From Octopus sinensis (Eukaryota): a stretch of DNA of 64,000 bases. The stretch spans positions 2,294,001 to 2,358,000 of the forward strand of contig NC_043022.1 in NCBI RefSeq assembly GCF_006345805.1, read 5' to 3'. This document shows positions 26,477-39,270 of the stretch, one piece after another; position 1 is the first letter of the stretch, and each line of letters opens with the position of its first letter. The position numbers and the translations under genes were made by a program. The notes under the pieces were generated by a model that did no database searches, had not been told where the DNA came from, and saw nothing but the letters and a program-made list of their open reading frames with translations.

Positions 26477-26639
26477 GGGCCCTGCTGGCTCACCACATAC
26501 TGCTGGAGGTTCTTATAAACGTTCTCGGACAGCTAGTCCTTCTATGCCTCGGTCTTCTTACCCTTATCCTCAAGAACCTAACGCTAGGTATGGAATTCCT
26601 CCATCAACGGGATATACCATTTACCGAGAACCCTATCCG
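26477..26639 (+). CDS. Internal coding exon, Pro/Ser/Tyr/Gly-rich (GPAGSPHTAGGSYKRSRTASPSMPRSSYPYPQEPNARYGIPPSTGYTIYREPYP); product unidentified
   Basis: Strong acceptor ttttttccttttattattttcag|G, donor CCG|gtacgt, 163-nt open frame (phase 2 to 0), GC content above the flanks, not related to local repeats. Confidence 0.8.
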
Positions 26640-28769
26640 GTACGTATTTTGCTATTGGCTGTCTTTGAAATGGCTCGGGTTTTTACCCAAATATTCTATT
26701 TGTTTTATGTTCAAACTAACAAGATCTGTGCCCTCACACTTACCCTATGATGTAATTCTAAAAATACACTGTCATGATAATGATGATATTGAAATCTTGA
26801 AGCTAAGGGACAGTAGTAATAGCAGTGGGGAGGGGTTGCATCTGCTGTAATAGTGCATTGCTGCACCGACCATTTATTGGTGATTCCATGATCCTAGTAG
26901 ATGACACCTTTGCACCACTCAGGCAACAAATCTTCAACCCATGGGTCTGTTTGGGTAGTCATTGTTGGCGAGGTCTTTATGAGGTAAGGGTGCAAATCCT
27001 ACTTCAGCCTTTTTTAGTTGCCTTTTATGGCATAGAGAGGAAATGTTAGCTCTGTTCTTTGGCACGCTGGTCTCCACCCTGACCCTAACCCTAGAGCAAC
27101 ATCAAATGAAGTGTTTAAGTTCAAGAACACAACACACTGCTCGGTCCAGGAATTGAACCCACAATTTGGCGATCGTGAGTGCAACACGCTAATCACTAGG
27201 CCACATGGCTTAAGACAACAGTTCCCAACCTGTGGTCCATGGACTCGTGGTCTGCAAAGGTGATACTGGGGGTTCGTCAGCATGTTAAGCTGGCAGGCTT
27301 TTCCATATCCTGGGGCCCATGGGGGAAAACTCATTTAAATTAAAGTGAGGTCCTTTATAGTGAAAAAGTTGGGACCACTGCCTTAAGAGATAATACATGC
27401 TGAGTTCAAAACAATGTGAATAAATAAGCTTTACATTTGACAGAGTAATCTGACTGCTAAAGGGTTAAATCTGATCATCTGGATATAATTCCATTTTTAA
27501 TATAAGAAACACAAAGTGTAGAGTTTGAAACATTAGATGTCCTAATGTCTCTATCTGTATTTCTGTATGTGCCTGTTAGGTTTGCTGTTAATGCCAAAAA
27601 TTTAGTCACTAAAACAGGCTGGCAAGTCAGCCATGCCATACTGCTAGTGTCTAAACAGCTGTGCCAAGTAGTCTCATTTCGTGTTTGTAAGTGCTTAGTT
27701 AAAGAAGAAGACATGGATTGAAGCAGACAGCTGCCTGTGTGAACTGTGTGCTCTTTCCAAGTCTAAATCATTGCAGAACCATGTAAAAAGCACCCACTAC
27801 ACCCTCAGAGTGGTTGGCGTTAGGAAGGGCATCCAGCTGTAGAAAGTTTGCCAGATCGGATTGGGAGCCTGATGCAGCCTTCAGTCAAACCGTCCAACCC
27901 ATGCCAGCATGGAAAGCAGACATTAAACAATGACGAGGATGATAATTATGATTTCTGTTGAAATGTACTGCTTTTGTTCCAATTATTTTTTTTAAATAAT
28001 TAAGAATTTAATAAAATAACTTTGTCATTATTAAGCTGATGTTTGGAACATGAATTTATATAAAATTTTCAGGAAGTTTTCAATTTAAATTACTTCAAAA
28101 CAGGAAGCTTGTATGTTAGAATCAGGATGGTTTCAGGCGGAGTAGCCAAAAACATTAATTCTAATAATTTTGTTTTGCTGTGTTCGGGGCCACATGTGTG
28201 TTTTTGTGTGTATGTGTGCCGGTGGCACGTAAAAGCACCATCCGTTCGTGTCCATTGCCAACCTCGCCTGGCCCCCGTGCCGGTGGCACGTAAAAGCACC
28301 ATCCGTTCATGGCCGTTTGCCAGCTCCGTCTGGCTCCTGTGCGGGTGGCACGTAAAAAGCACTCACGGAGTGGTTGGCGTTAGGAAGAGCATCCAGCTGT
28401 AGAAACACTGCCAGATCAGACTGGAGCCTGGTGCAGCCTTCCGGCTTCGCAGTCCCCAGTTGAACCGTCCAACCCATGCTAGCACGGAAAACGGACGCTA
28501 AATGATGATGATGATGTGGCCTGTGATACTATGAGCCGGCGACAGTACAGAGCTTATGTGTATGTATAGACTATGAGGGTGTAGAGGGTATGTGTGTGCA
28601 TATTCTGTGACAGTGTGGAGGTTGTGTGTGTTTGTGTGTATGTTATATAGCCAGTGATGGTGCAGTGTGTATATGTGCATGTTTGTGTAGATGTGTATAA
28701 CTGTATTTGTGTATGTGTGTAACCTGTGGTGGTGCAGAGTGTATGTGTGCGCAGCTGGGTATGCTTTGT

Positions 28770-29060
28770 GTGTGTGTAGCTGTGTATACCCATTGTGTTT
28801 GTGTGTGTATGTGTGTAGCTGTGTTTACCCTGTGTGTGTGTGTTTAGCTGTGTTTACCCTGTGTGTGTGGCTGTGTTTACTCTGTGTGTGTGTAGCTGTG
28901 TTTACCCTGTGTGTGTGTAGCTGTGTTTACCCTGTGTGTGTGTGTGTTTAGCTGTGTACACTTGTATGTGTGTGTGTCTAGTTGTGTATGACCTGTGGTA
29001 ATGCTGAGTGTGTGCGTATGTGTATATATAGCTGTGTATACCCTCTGTGTACGTGTGTGA
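28770..29060. repeat. TG-rich minisatellite GTAGCTGTGTTTACCCTGTGT
   Basis: Direct inspection. Confidence 0.85.
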
Positions 29061-29694
29061 ATGTGTACAGCCTATGATGGTGGCGGGGGGTGGGCATGTA
29101 TGGCTTGTGATAATGCGGAGAACACTAGTTTGAATATCATTTAAATTTGTCCTTTATCTAATTTTTCTTGGAAAATTCTGCGGATGAATTTAGGAAGGAA
29201 GGATATTAAGGATCCTACAATAGGCTTTAAGACTTAGCTACAGTTGGTAGGAAACCTGAAATTCTTGTTAACTCTATCTGTTACCATAGTAACCCAATTA
29301 ATCTAGCATGCATTATTTATTTATTTAATCCTCTCATGTCTCTCATCTTTGTAAAGTAACCATAGTGTATTGATGGTGGTGGTGGTGGTGGGGAACAGAA
29401 AGTGTGTGTGTGTGTGTGTGTGCTTCTTTGTATATTGCAGATAGTATAATTGTCAGCTTTTGATCATGAAAATGTTCTCTGATTAGTAATTAGTGATATT
29501 AATTAATGCATCAAAAATTAGCTGAAATTGAAAGAAAGAAAAAAAAAAAGGTGGTGGCTGTTAAATTGGAGACTAGAAATTTTGTTCTTTAAATTAAAAC
29601 TAGTTAAATTAAAAACTAGGCAGGAATGAAAATGGTAGAGCAACAACAGTATATTAAAAGACCTCCTGTGGAGGTTCATAGCCTAGTGGTTAGG

Positions 29695-30006
29695 GTGTTG
29701 GACTCGCGGTCTTAAGATTGTGGTTTCAATTCCAGGACCGGGCGTCACATTGAATTCCTAATCATAAGATTGTGGTTTTGATTCCTGAAGTGGGCAATGT
29801 GTTGGACTCATGCTCGTAAGATTGTGGTTTCAATTCCTGGGCTGAGCAACGTGTTGGACTCATGCTCGTAAGATTGTGGTTTCAATTCCCGGGCTGAGCA
29901 GCGTGTTGGACTCCTGATCGTAAGATTGTGGTTTCAATTCCCGGGCTGAGCAGCGTGTTGGACTCCTGATCGTAAGATTGTGGTTTCAATTCCTAAACCA
30001 GGCAAC
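29695..30006 (+). repeat. About 6 tandem ~52-bp copies of a SINE tRNA-head segment
   Basis: Unit GTGTTGGACTC..CGTAAGATTGTGGTTTCAATTCC.GGGCTGAGCA.C inside the SINE at ~29668-30160. Confidence 0.85.
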
Positions 30007-31236
30007 GCTTTGTCTTGAGCAAAACACTTCATTTCACTGTACTGGCGGAAATGAGTATAATCCTGTGATGGACCAGCGTCCTGTCCAGGAGGAGGATTTA
30101 TATGCCATGGAGACCAGGAAATTGGCTCTTATAAGTCAGCATGACCCAAGAAGGTAACTTTACGTTTTTTTTAGTATTTAACCCCATCTCTTTAGTTTCC
30201 GAGTTTGAACTCCATTGAGATCAGATGTGTTTATTCCTTCCTGAATTTAGAAAATAAATAGTAGTCAAGTACTGTGGTTGAATTAAGTCTGCTACATTTC
30301 CCCCTGTCTATTTCTCCAACATTTTATGGCCTTGTACCATCATCATCATCATGATTTAATATCAAGGTCATTCAAATGTAGAAAACATGCCTCGACTCAT
30401 CAGATCTTTCCAAACTGTCCAACCCATGTCAGCATGGAACATAGAACATACATACAGTTTGGCAAGATCTGATGGGTCCAAGGACTGCTTGTTTTCTACA
30501 TATGAATGCCCTTCCTTACACCAACCACTTTATAGCACACACCTCGGGTTTTGGTTCTATATAGAAGAATGCTCCTTACGCAGACCATTAATTTCCAAAT
30601 ACAATAAATTTTGACAAATATCTTTTGATTTTGGTCCAGAGCAGTAGGTCCCAGCCATTTTACCTTTCGATGACCCTTCTAATATATTTCGTCTCCCAGA
30701 GATCTCTCACGTATGTGTGGCTGTGTGGTAAGAAGCTGGCTTGCCAACCACACCGTACCTGGTTTGGATTCAAAGCATGGCACTTTTGGGACAATTCTAC
30801 ACTGTCTTCTACTGTAGAATTCTCCTGTACGGAGCCATACCCTGAACTATAAAGAAGGAGCTTCTATATCATTTTGATGGTATGTACCATCATGAGGGTG
30901 ACAGAATGTAACAAGACCAAAGCAAAGATTCGTAAACATATTCCACCCATCTCTATTGATATTACTCTACATAAGGTAGGCTTTGCCGGTCACTGCTATC
31001 ATGCAGTTGTTATATTTTAAAGACTTCTACATTTGAATTGATGCTAAGAGCACTAAAACTACATTGATTGCAGACACACATACACTAACTCATTAGCATT
31101 TTAATTGGCCACATCCCAGCTTTAATATTCTACCTGTTTTACATTCAAACTGGCTACATCCAACCTCTTACACATACCCTACAATGTTATTCTGAAAAAA
31201 AAAAGCAATCATAGAAATCCTGAAATTACAAGATAA

Positions 31237-31413
31237 TGCAGGAGTAGCTGTGTGGTAAGTAGCTTGTTTACCAACCACATGGTTCCGGGTTCATTCCCAC
31301 TGCGTGGCACCTTGGGCAAGTGTCTTCTACTATAGCCTCGGGCCGACCAAAGCCTTGTGAGTGGATTTGGTAGATGGAAACTGAAAGAAGCCCGTCGTAT
31401 ATATGTATATATT

Positions 31414-31467
<54 letters not shown>

Positions 31468-31690
31468 TATATATATATATGCAAGTGTGTGTCTGTGTTT
31501 GCCCACCCCCCTACATCGCTTGACAACCCATGCTTGTGTGTTTACATCCCCGTAACTTAGCAGTTTGGCGAAAGAGACCGATAGAATAAGTACTAGGCTT
31601 ACAAAGAATAAGTCCTGGGGTCGATTTGCTCGGCTAAACGCGGTGCTCCAGCATGGCCAGTCAAATGACTGAAACAAGTAAAAGAGTAAA
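31237..31690 (+). mobile_element. Dominant CORE-type SINE copy nested in a family B MITE
   Basis: Full-length match to the family. Confidence 0.85.
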
Positions 31691-32924
31691 AAACAATTAA
31701 TTAAAAAAAAAATGTGAATAAATTACATTTGGCAGAGAAATCTGAATGCTAAAGGGTTAAATTGAGAACCTATTGAAGCTAATAAGGGACTAAGATCCTA
31801 GTATGGCAGGGTGAAATGTATCTCAGTTGTAAAAGCTTGAAGATGATGATTGTCCTTTGTTTTTATTTTTTCAAAGGTTTTATTTTTTTTTTCCGCTATT
31901 TGTACCAGAAGCCAGACATGTTTCAGTTTATTTTTCACTACTCTTTACTTGTCAATACAAAGTTTTATTTGATATGCAACTCTAGCGGATCAGTTCTCAC
32001 TTGTCAGGAGAGGAGGCCATTGGGTGGAGTGAGGGGGGGGGGTATTATTGATTCAGAAAACAACAGTTAGATCAAGTTAAGAGTGACAGTAAATAGGAAG
32101 GCCCTAAGTCAAGAAGTATGGTCATTCCACTAAAGTTTCATTTTAGATGGTGGTATTTCTTTGTTGTCTTTTTTTGTTTGTTTTTGGTGTGTGTGTGTGT
32201 GTGTGAAGGGGGGAGATATCACTATGGAATGTGGAAGACTCTAAATTTTGAGATACAGCTATGCTAATATTTATATCTTTGGCCTAGATACAACACCATC
32301 ACTGTAAGCAGCTGGAGCACTGTATAATTTACAAATGTTTAGTTTGCAGGGCTAAGTCCTCCAAAGGGTCTGAAGTATGCAAGTCATAAGTAAATGCCTT
32401 TTTTTTCTCTTTTTTTTAAAATTCATCCTGTAAATGATCATTCCAGATTCCTGTTATGGAAAAAACATGTGTGTAGAAAAATGGTAACTGTTGTGCTCTG
32501 ACCATGTCTACCTTGCTTAGCACCAGAATTGGTATTAATACAGAAATAGACTGGACAGTGGAAAGAGTACGTGTTGAGACACCAACGCTGCACTCTGTGC
32601 AATTATCACTGCGCTCTGTACAATTAAACAATTAACCCCTGTACGCTAGTATTCGCAGTATGGAAATAGGCTGGGTAGGGACGATGTATGGCATATCTGA
32701 AACAACAGATACAGGAACTGCTTTCCTTCACATCATGGGTCTGGCTCTGGTAGCTCTCTGGTAGCTACATGACAAACGCTGCAACAATATAAAGTTATCT
32801 CCAGCAGTATAAAGCAGTGAGAAACGGTTATACTAATTATTCCCACTTGCACCTGCTTTTTACTCAAAGAAATAATTGGAAAGTGTGGGGTTTGCCCCCG
32901 CAAATAATATCACCCCACGATATC

Positions 32925-33300
32925 AGGCGGCGAGCTGGTAGAAATGTTAGCACACCAGGCGAAATGCTTAGCAGTATTTCGTCTGCCGCTACGTTCTGAG
33001 TTCAAATTCCGCCATGGTCGACTTTGCCTTTCATCCTTTCAGGGTCGATTAAATGAGTACCAGTTACGCACTTGGGTCGATGTAATCGACTTAATTCCCT
33101 TGTTTGTCCCCTTAGCAGTATTTCGTCTGCCGCTACGTTCTGAGTTCAAATTCTGTCAAGGTCGACTTTGCCTTTCATCCTTTCAGGGTCGATTAAATGA
33201 GTGCCAGTTACGCACTGGGGTCGATGTAATCGACTTAATCCCCTTGTCTGTCCTTGTTTGTCCCCTCTATGTTTAGCCCCTTGTGGGCAATAAAGAAATA
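32925..33300 (+). mobile_element. SINE with a Meta-domain-like core and a ~145-bp internal tandem duplication
   Basis: GGTCGACTTTGCCTTTCATCCTTTC.GGGTCGAT.AAAT.AGTACC core present twice; other copies at ~13525-13683(-), 56297-56503(+) and 63697-63905(-). Confidence 0.8.
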
Positions 33301-34134
33301 AATATTATCACCCCACTATTTTTTTGTTATGGGGAGTGCCTCTGCTCTTATCCTTTTTTTTTTTGCTGTTTTTTTTTATATTTCCAAAATTTGTTTGATA
33401 AAGAAAAAAAAAACAGAAATTGCTTTTGTTGTTGACCTTTTCTCTCCTTCTCCTCGATAAATCAGAAATCACCTACTAAACAGAAAAAAATCCATGCCAT
33501 TTGCAGTGGCTGCATGTAGCTGTTCTGTAAATTCTCTCAAGTTGGTGGCTGGTGGAACTGAGCCAAGTTTGTGTCTCTTGCAGTATTCATGGAAATGTAA
33601 ACTGGAGCGATTTATAATATTGACATAACCTAATTGGAAGAATTTCTCTTTCCCTCCCTCCCTCCCTCCCTCCTATCTGAAAGCTTATCAAGAGTAATTT
33701 GAGTGTTTTCTAGTTGTTTTTTATTATTAGGCTTTCAAAAAAACCAACAAGCCATTGTTGCTTACATAATACTTCTTCCTTTGCCGATCTGTTATATATT
33801 ACTTACTATTTCTCAAGAATTGTTACTCTGCTATCTTGTAATCTTTTTCTCCAATTCTTTTCTTTATTCATACTTGGTCTTTTTTGTTTGTTTTTTTTAT
33901 AGATATTTTTTTTTCGGTCTGCTTCTTGCCATTTTTATTCTTCTGCTGTTGCATCTACTTTTCTCAACTCTCATGGTGAAGATGTGTTTCTTTTCTCAAA
34001 AAACACAAATATTTAAATATTTACAATGTTTGACTTATTGTTTGTCACTCAACTGCGAAGAAAGTGCAAACCTCTTTTGGTGGGGGTAGTTCTTGTAAAA
34101 CTGAAGTATGGAAAGCTATGTGCATTTATAACTA

Positions 34135-34518
34135 TTCTTTTAATTGTTTCAGTCATTTGACTGCGGCCATGCTGGAGCACCGCCTTCAGTTGAACAAATC
34201 AACCCCAAAACTTATTCTTTGTAAACCGAGTACTTATTCTTTCGTTCTCTATTGCCGAACCGCTGAGTGACAGGGATGTAAACACACCAACATCGGTTGT
34301 CAAGTGATGGGGGTGGGAACACTCAAATAAGACATACATACACAAACATATATATGATGGGCTTCTTTCAGTTTCCGCCTACCAAATCCACTCACAAGGC
34401 GTTGGTCAGCCTGAGGCTATAGTAGAAGGTTGCTTTACCCAAGGTGCCACGCAGTAGACTGAACCTGCAATCATATGGTTAGGAAGCAAGCTTCTTACCA
34501 CACAGCCACTCATGTGCC
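34135..34518 (-). mobile_element. Dominant CORE-type SINE copy
   Basis: Full-length match to the family. Confidence 0.8.
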
Positions 34519-35314
34519 TTCACCAACTCATAGTTTATTTAATACACATTTCCTTCTTAAAATATCCTAAAATCCTACAATGTAATCATACACCAGTAAA
34601 GCTTTGATCTTAGACTTTTGAGGTTCTCAAAGCTGTTAAAATTTGAATTAGCAACTTAAGTTGATAAACTTTTTTGCTGTTTAGGCTATTTTAAAACGTT
34701 TCGCTTACTACATGAAATATCTGAACGGTGTTGCTACATAGAAGTTAAACCCAAAATAGGTTTGATTTACATTGATCTCTGTTGGTGATATTGATTGTTG
34801 TGGTTGTTGTTGTTGTTGGGCTGGGTTTATAAATTCAGTTTTGTTTCATGTTTGAAGACTTCCATACTTTCTGCAGTTTGATCAGATATTGAATTACACA
34901 TAATTTCAATTTGATGAGGGTGTGTGTGGTTAAGAAGTTTTCTTTCTCAACCACATAGTTTTGGGTTGAATCCCACTGCACAGCACCCTGGGCAAGTGCT
35001 TAGTACTGTGACGCTGCATTGGCCCAAACCCTGAGAGTGGATTTGGTAGGCAAAAGTAGGGAGAAGCTTTCCAAGTTTGTATGTGTTTGCTTCCGTTTGC
35101 ACTTCTGAAAATTGGACTAAAAGTGAGGTGGTTGTTGTCTCCCCCTGTCAACAAATTGCTGGCTTTGTGCCTTCAAAGACATAGGATATCTCTTATTTGA
35201 AAATCAAGTAATGGTGAGTGACAGGAAGGGCATCTGGTTTAAAAAGAATGCCTCAGTGTATTCATCTTAATCCATGCTATCATGGATTGCAGAGCACTGG
35301 TTTAAACCAGTGGT

Positions 35315-35700
35315 TACTCTTTACTCTTTTCAGTCATTTGACTGCGGCCATGCTAGAGCACCGCCTTTAGTCGAGCAAATCGACCCAGGACTTATTCTTT
35401 GTAAGCCCAGTACTTATCCTATCGGTCTCTTTTGCCGAACTGCTAAGTGACGGGGACGTAAACACACCAGCATCGGTTGTCAAGCAATGCTAGGAGGGAC
35501 AAACACAGACACACAAACACACACACACATATATACATATATACGACAGGCTTCTTTCAGTTTCCGTCTACCAAATCCACTCACAAGGCATTGGTCGGCC
35601 CGGGGCTATAGCAGAAGGTACTTGCCCAAGATGCCACGCAGTGGGACTGAACCCGGAACCATGTGGTTGGTTAGCAAGGTACTTACCACATAGCCACTGC
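35315..35700 (-). mobile_element. Dominant CORE-type SINE copy
   Basis: Full-length match to the family. Confidence 0.85.
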
Positions 35701-36134
35701 TGTGCCTCAATGATTTTTTTTACTTTTGGGCCCCTTTTAGTTCCTATTTTACTTGGTTGGACCCTCCTACCCATTTGGTGTTAAAATAAATCCTATTATA
35801 CTTTTAGTATTCAATTACATTAGGAATTGTAATTATCAAAATATTTTTGTATAATTATCAAAATTTTGTGTATTGTAGAAGTATAACCGGTATATTGCAG
35901 ATAAATTTTAATAACAAAATCTTATATGGACCCCTACCCCCACAAAGAGCCATATGGACCCTGGTTGAGAACCACTGGTTTAGTTCAATTTAAAACAGGA
36001 AGTTTGTATCATAGAATTAGGGCAGTCTTTGGCAGGTTGGTATCAAATGGGTTAATACTGCCCCATAAGAAGTACCAGATATTGTTTCATGGATTGCCAG
36101 TAATATTCTTTTCTACTCTAGACACACACAAGCG

Positions 36135-36392
<258 letters not shown>

Positions 36393-37239
36393 ACAGTTTT
36401 CACTCACAAGACGTTGGTTGGTTTGGCACTATAGTACCAGACACTTGCCCAAGGTGCCACATGGTGGGACTGAACCTGGAACCATATGGTTGTAAAGCAA
36501 GCTTCTTAACCACATAGCCATGCCTGCACCTAGAACATAAAATTTTTTTAAAAAATTCATTGCTCTCAGGTGTTTATAAAAACAAACAACAAAACAAACA
36601 CCTTTCAAAAATTATTTTAAACAATCGACACTATTTAATAGTTTCTTTCTTTCTTTTTATTTACTTGAATTCTTTGGGGATTTTAAGATTAAAACTTACT
36701 GATTTTTGCTTTTGCTAAGTTTTATATTTCCAAAGCAATTGAATTATTGACTGAAAATAACATAAGCACTTATTCTAATCTCTGCACGGGTTTTTGGTCT
36801 GAAACCTCCAGATGTTAATTCTTTTCATCTTTCTGCTGAGTTGTCTTGGGACAGTTTTAATATCAGTCAACTTGTTGTGCGTTCTGCGAGAGTTTCCTGT
36901 AAAGAATACTGACCTGATTTCTCTCTCTCTTCTGGTTACGGAAAAATCAATAATTTGTGCTGAAAGACATTTGAGTACGTTTAATTTGTTTTGGTGATAT
37001 CTATTTGGATGACAAAGCTCGCTTGCTTTTATCATTTTTTTCTTCTTCTTCTTTTGCTTCCTTTCTTCTGTCTTCCTGACTATGTTTGGTTTGTTGCTTT
37101 TCGTTTTACATCAGACTGTGTGTCATTGAATCAAGTTAATGTTTGTGGTCCATGGTTGGAAAAGCAATCAGCTACTGTCCTTCATTTGCTGGAAAATATT
37201 TTCTGTATTTTTTACACAGCTAAGCTGTTTTTGTTTTTG

Positions 37240-37630
37240 CGGGAGTGGCTGTGTGGTAAGTAGCTTGCTAACCAACCACATGGTTCCAGGTTCAGTCCCA
37301 CTGTGTGGCATCTTGGGCAAGTGTCTTCTGCTATAGCCCAGGGCCGACCAATGCCTTGTGAGTGGATTTGGTAGACAGAAGCTGAAAGAAGCTCGTCGTG
37401 TATATGTATATATATATGTGCGTGTATGTGTGTGTTTGTCCCCCTAGCATTGCTTGACAACCGATTCTGGTGTGTTTATGTCCCCGTTACTTAGTGGTTC
37501 GGCAAAAGAGACCGATAGAATAAGTACTGGGCTTACAAAGAATAAGTCCCGGGGTCGATTTGCTCGACTAAAGGCGGTGCTCCAGCATGGCCGCAGTCAA
37601 ATGACTGAAACAAGTAAAAGAGTAAGAGTA
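37240..37630 (+). mobile_element. Dominant CORE-type SINE copy
   Basis: Full-length match to the family. Confidence 0.85.
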
Positions 37631-38522
37631 AGCTGGCTGAATTGTTAGCTCGCTAGACAAAATGCTTAGCGGCATTTCATCTATTGTTACATTCTGAGTT
37701 CAAATTCCACCAAGGTCGATTTTTGCCTTTCGTCCTTTCAGGGTTGATTAAATAAGTACCAGTTATGCACTGGGATCAATGTAATCAACTTAATCCTTTC
37801 CCCCAAATTTGAGGCCTCGTGCTTCCAGTAGAAAGGATTATTAATATCAGTATTAGAGCAAAGGCAGCAAGCTGACAGAATCGTTACTGAGCCAGGTAAG
37901 ATGCTTGGCGACATTTTATCTGTCTTGAAGCCCTGAGTTCAAATGCTGCCAAGGTTGACTTTGCCTTTCACCCTCTCAGGGTTGATGAAATAAGTACCAG
38001 TTGAACACTAGAATCATTGTAATTGATTGACCCCCACCCTCGAAATTGCTAGCCTTGTGCTAGAATTTTAAACCATTATTTCTTCTCCATAAGGTGGTGA
38101 GCAGCAGAATTGTTACCACACCAGGCAAACTGCTTAGCAACATTTCAGCCATCTTCACGTTCTGATTTCAAATTCCGCTAAGGTCGACTTTGCCTTTCAT
38201 CCTGTTGGGGTTTGATAAAATAAGTAGCAGTTAAGTACTGGGGTTGATGTAATTGACTCACCTCCCTCCGAAATTGCTGGCCTTGTGCCAGAATTTGAAA
38301 CCAGTAATAGGGCAGCAAACTGGCAGAATTGTTAGAACACAAAACAAAACGCTTAGCAATATTTCTTCCAGCACTATACGTTCTGTGTTCAAATTCTGCT
38401 GAGGTCGAGTTTCTCTTTCCTCTTTCAGGCTTAATAACATACATACCAGTTGAACATTGGAGTCAGTGTAATTGACTTGTCCCTTTCCCTTAAAATTGCT
38501 GGCCTTGTACGAAAATTTGAAA
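37630..38522. mobile_element. Cluster of about 5 adjacent Meta-core SINE copies in mixed orientation
   Basis: Repeated gagttcaaattc..gtcgactttgcctttcatcc units back to back. Confidence 0.75.
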
Positions 38523-38883
38523 TCATCTTCATGGGAAATAATCACGCTGTATCCATGACAATGAATTCTGTGTCTTGTAAACTGCCATGACAATGGAGAC
38601 ATTAAAGTGGCTGCATCAACATTTTGGAGTTGCTGCCCCCAAAAAACACCTTTGTGTAAGGATCATGATAAAGTTCTAGAAAGTCAAATCCTTCAATGGC
38701 TAGATGCTGATTGGTCAATGAATTAGCCAATCACATGAAACAACAGTGTTCTGACCGGTGTCTGCTTGGCTCTCCAGCAATTCAGTTTTGAATCTGCCAC
38801 ATCATCATTTGAACTCTAGACCTGAAGTCATTCACTTACCATATGGTGGTGTTATTCCTTCTTTGCTTCTTTGGCTACTCTGT

Positions 38884-39270
38884 GGAGGCGCAATGGCTTA
38901 GTGGTTAGGGCAGCGGACTCGCGGTCATAGGATTGCGGTTTCGATTCTCAAACCGGGCGTTGTGAGTGTTTATTGAGCGAAAACACCTAAAAGCTCCACG
39001 AGGCTCCGGCAGGGGATGGTGGTGATCCCTGCTGTACTCTTTCACCACAACTTTCTCTCACTCTTACTTCCTGTTTCTGTTGTACCTGTATTTCAAAGGG
39101 CCGGCCTTGTCACTCTCTCTGTCACGCTGAATATCCCCGAGAACTACGTTAAGGGTACATGTGTCTGTGGAGTGCTCAGCCACTTACACGTTAATTTCAC
39201 GAGCAGGCTGTTCCGTTGATTCGGATCAACCGGAACCCTCGTCGTCGTAACTGACGGAGTGCTTCCTTCC
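38884..39270 (+). mobile_element. Second full-length copy of the 4897 SINE family
   Basis: Near identity to 4897-5280; the sequence tttggctactct flanks both sides (TSD-like). Confidence 0.85.

Noticed and set aside
26477-26639. Assigning a gene symbol (an NCoR-like N-terminus was considered)
   Set aside because: Only compositional resemblance; no recognisable domain in the window.
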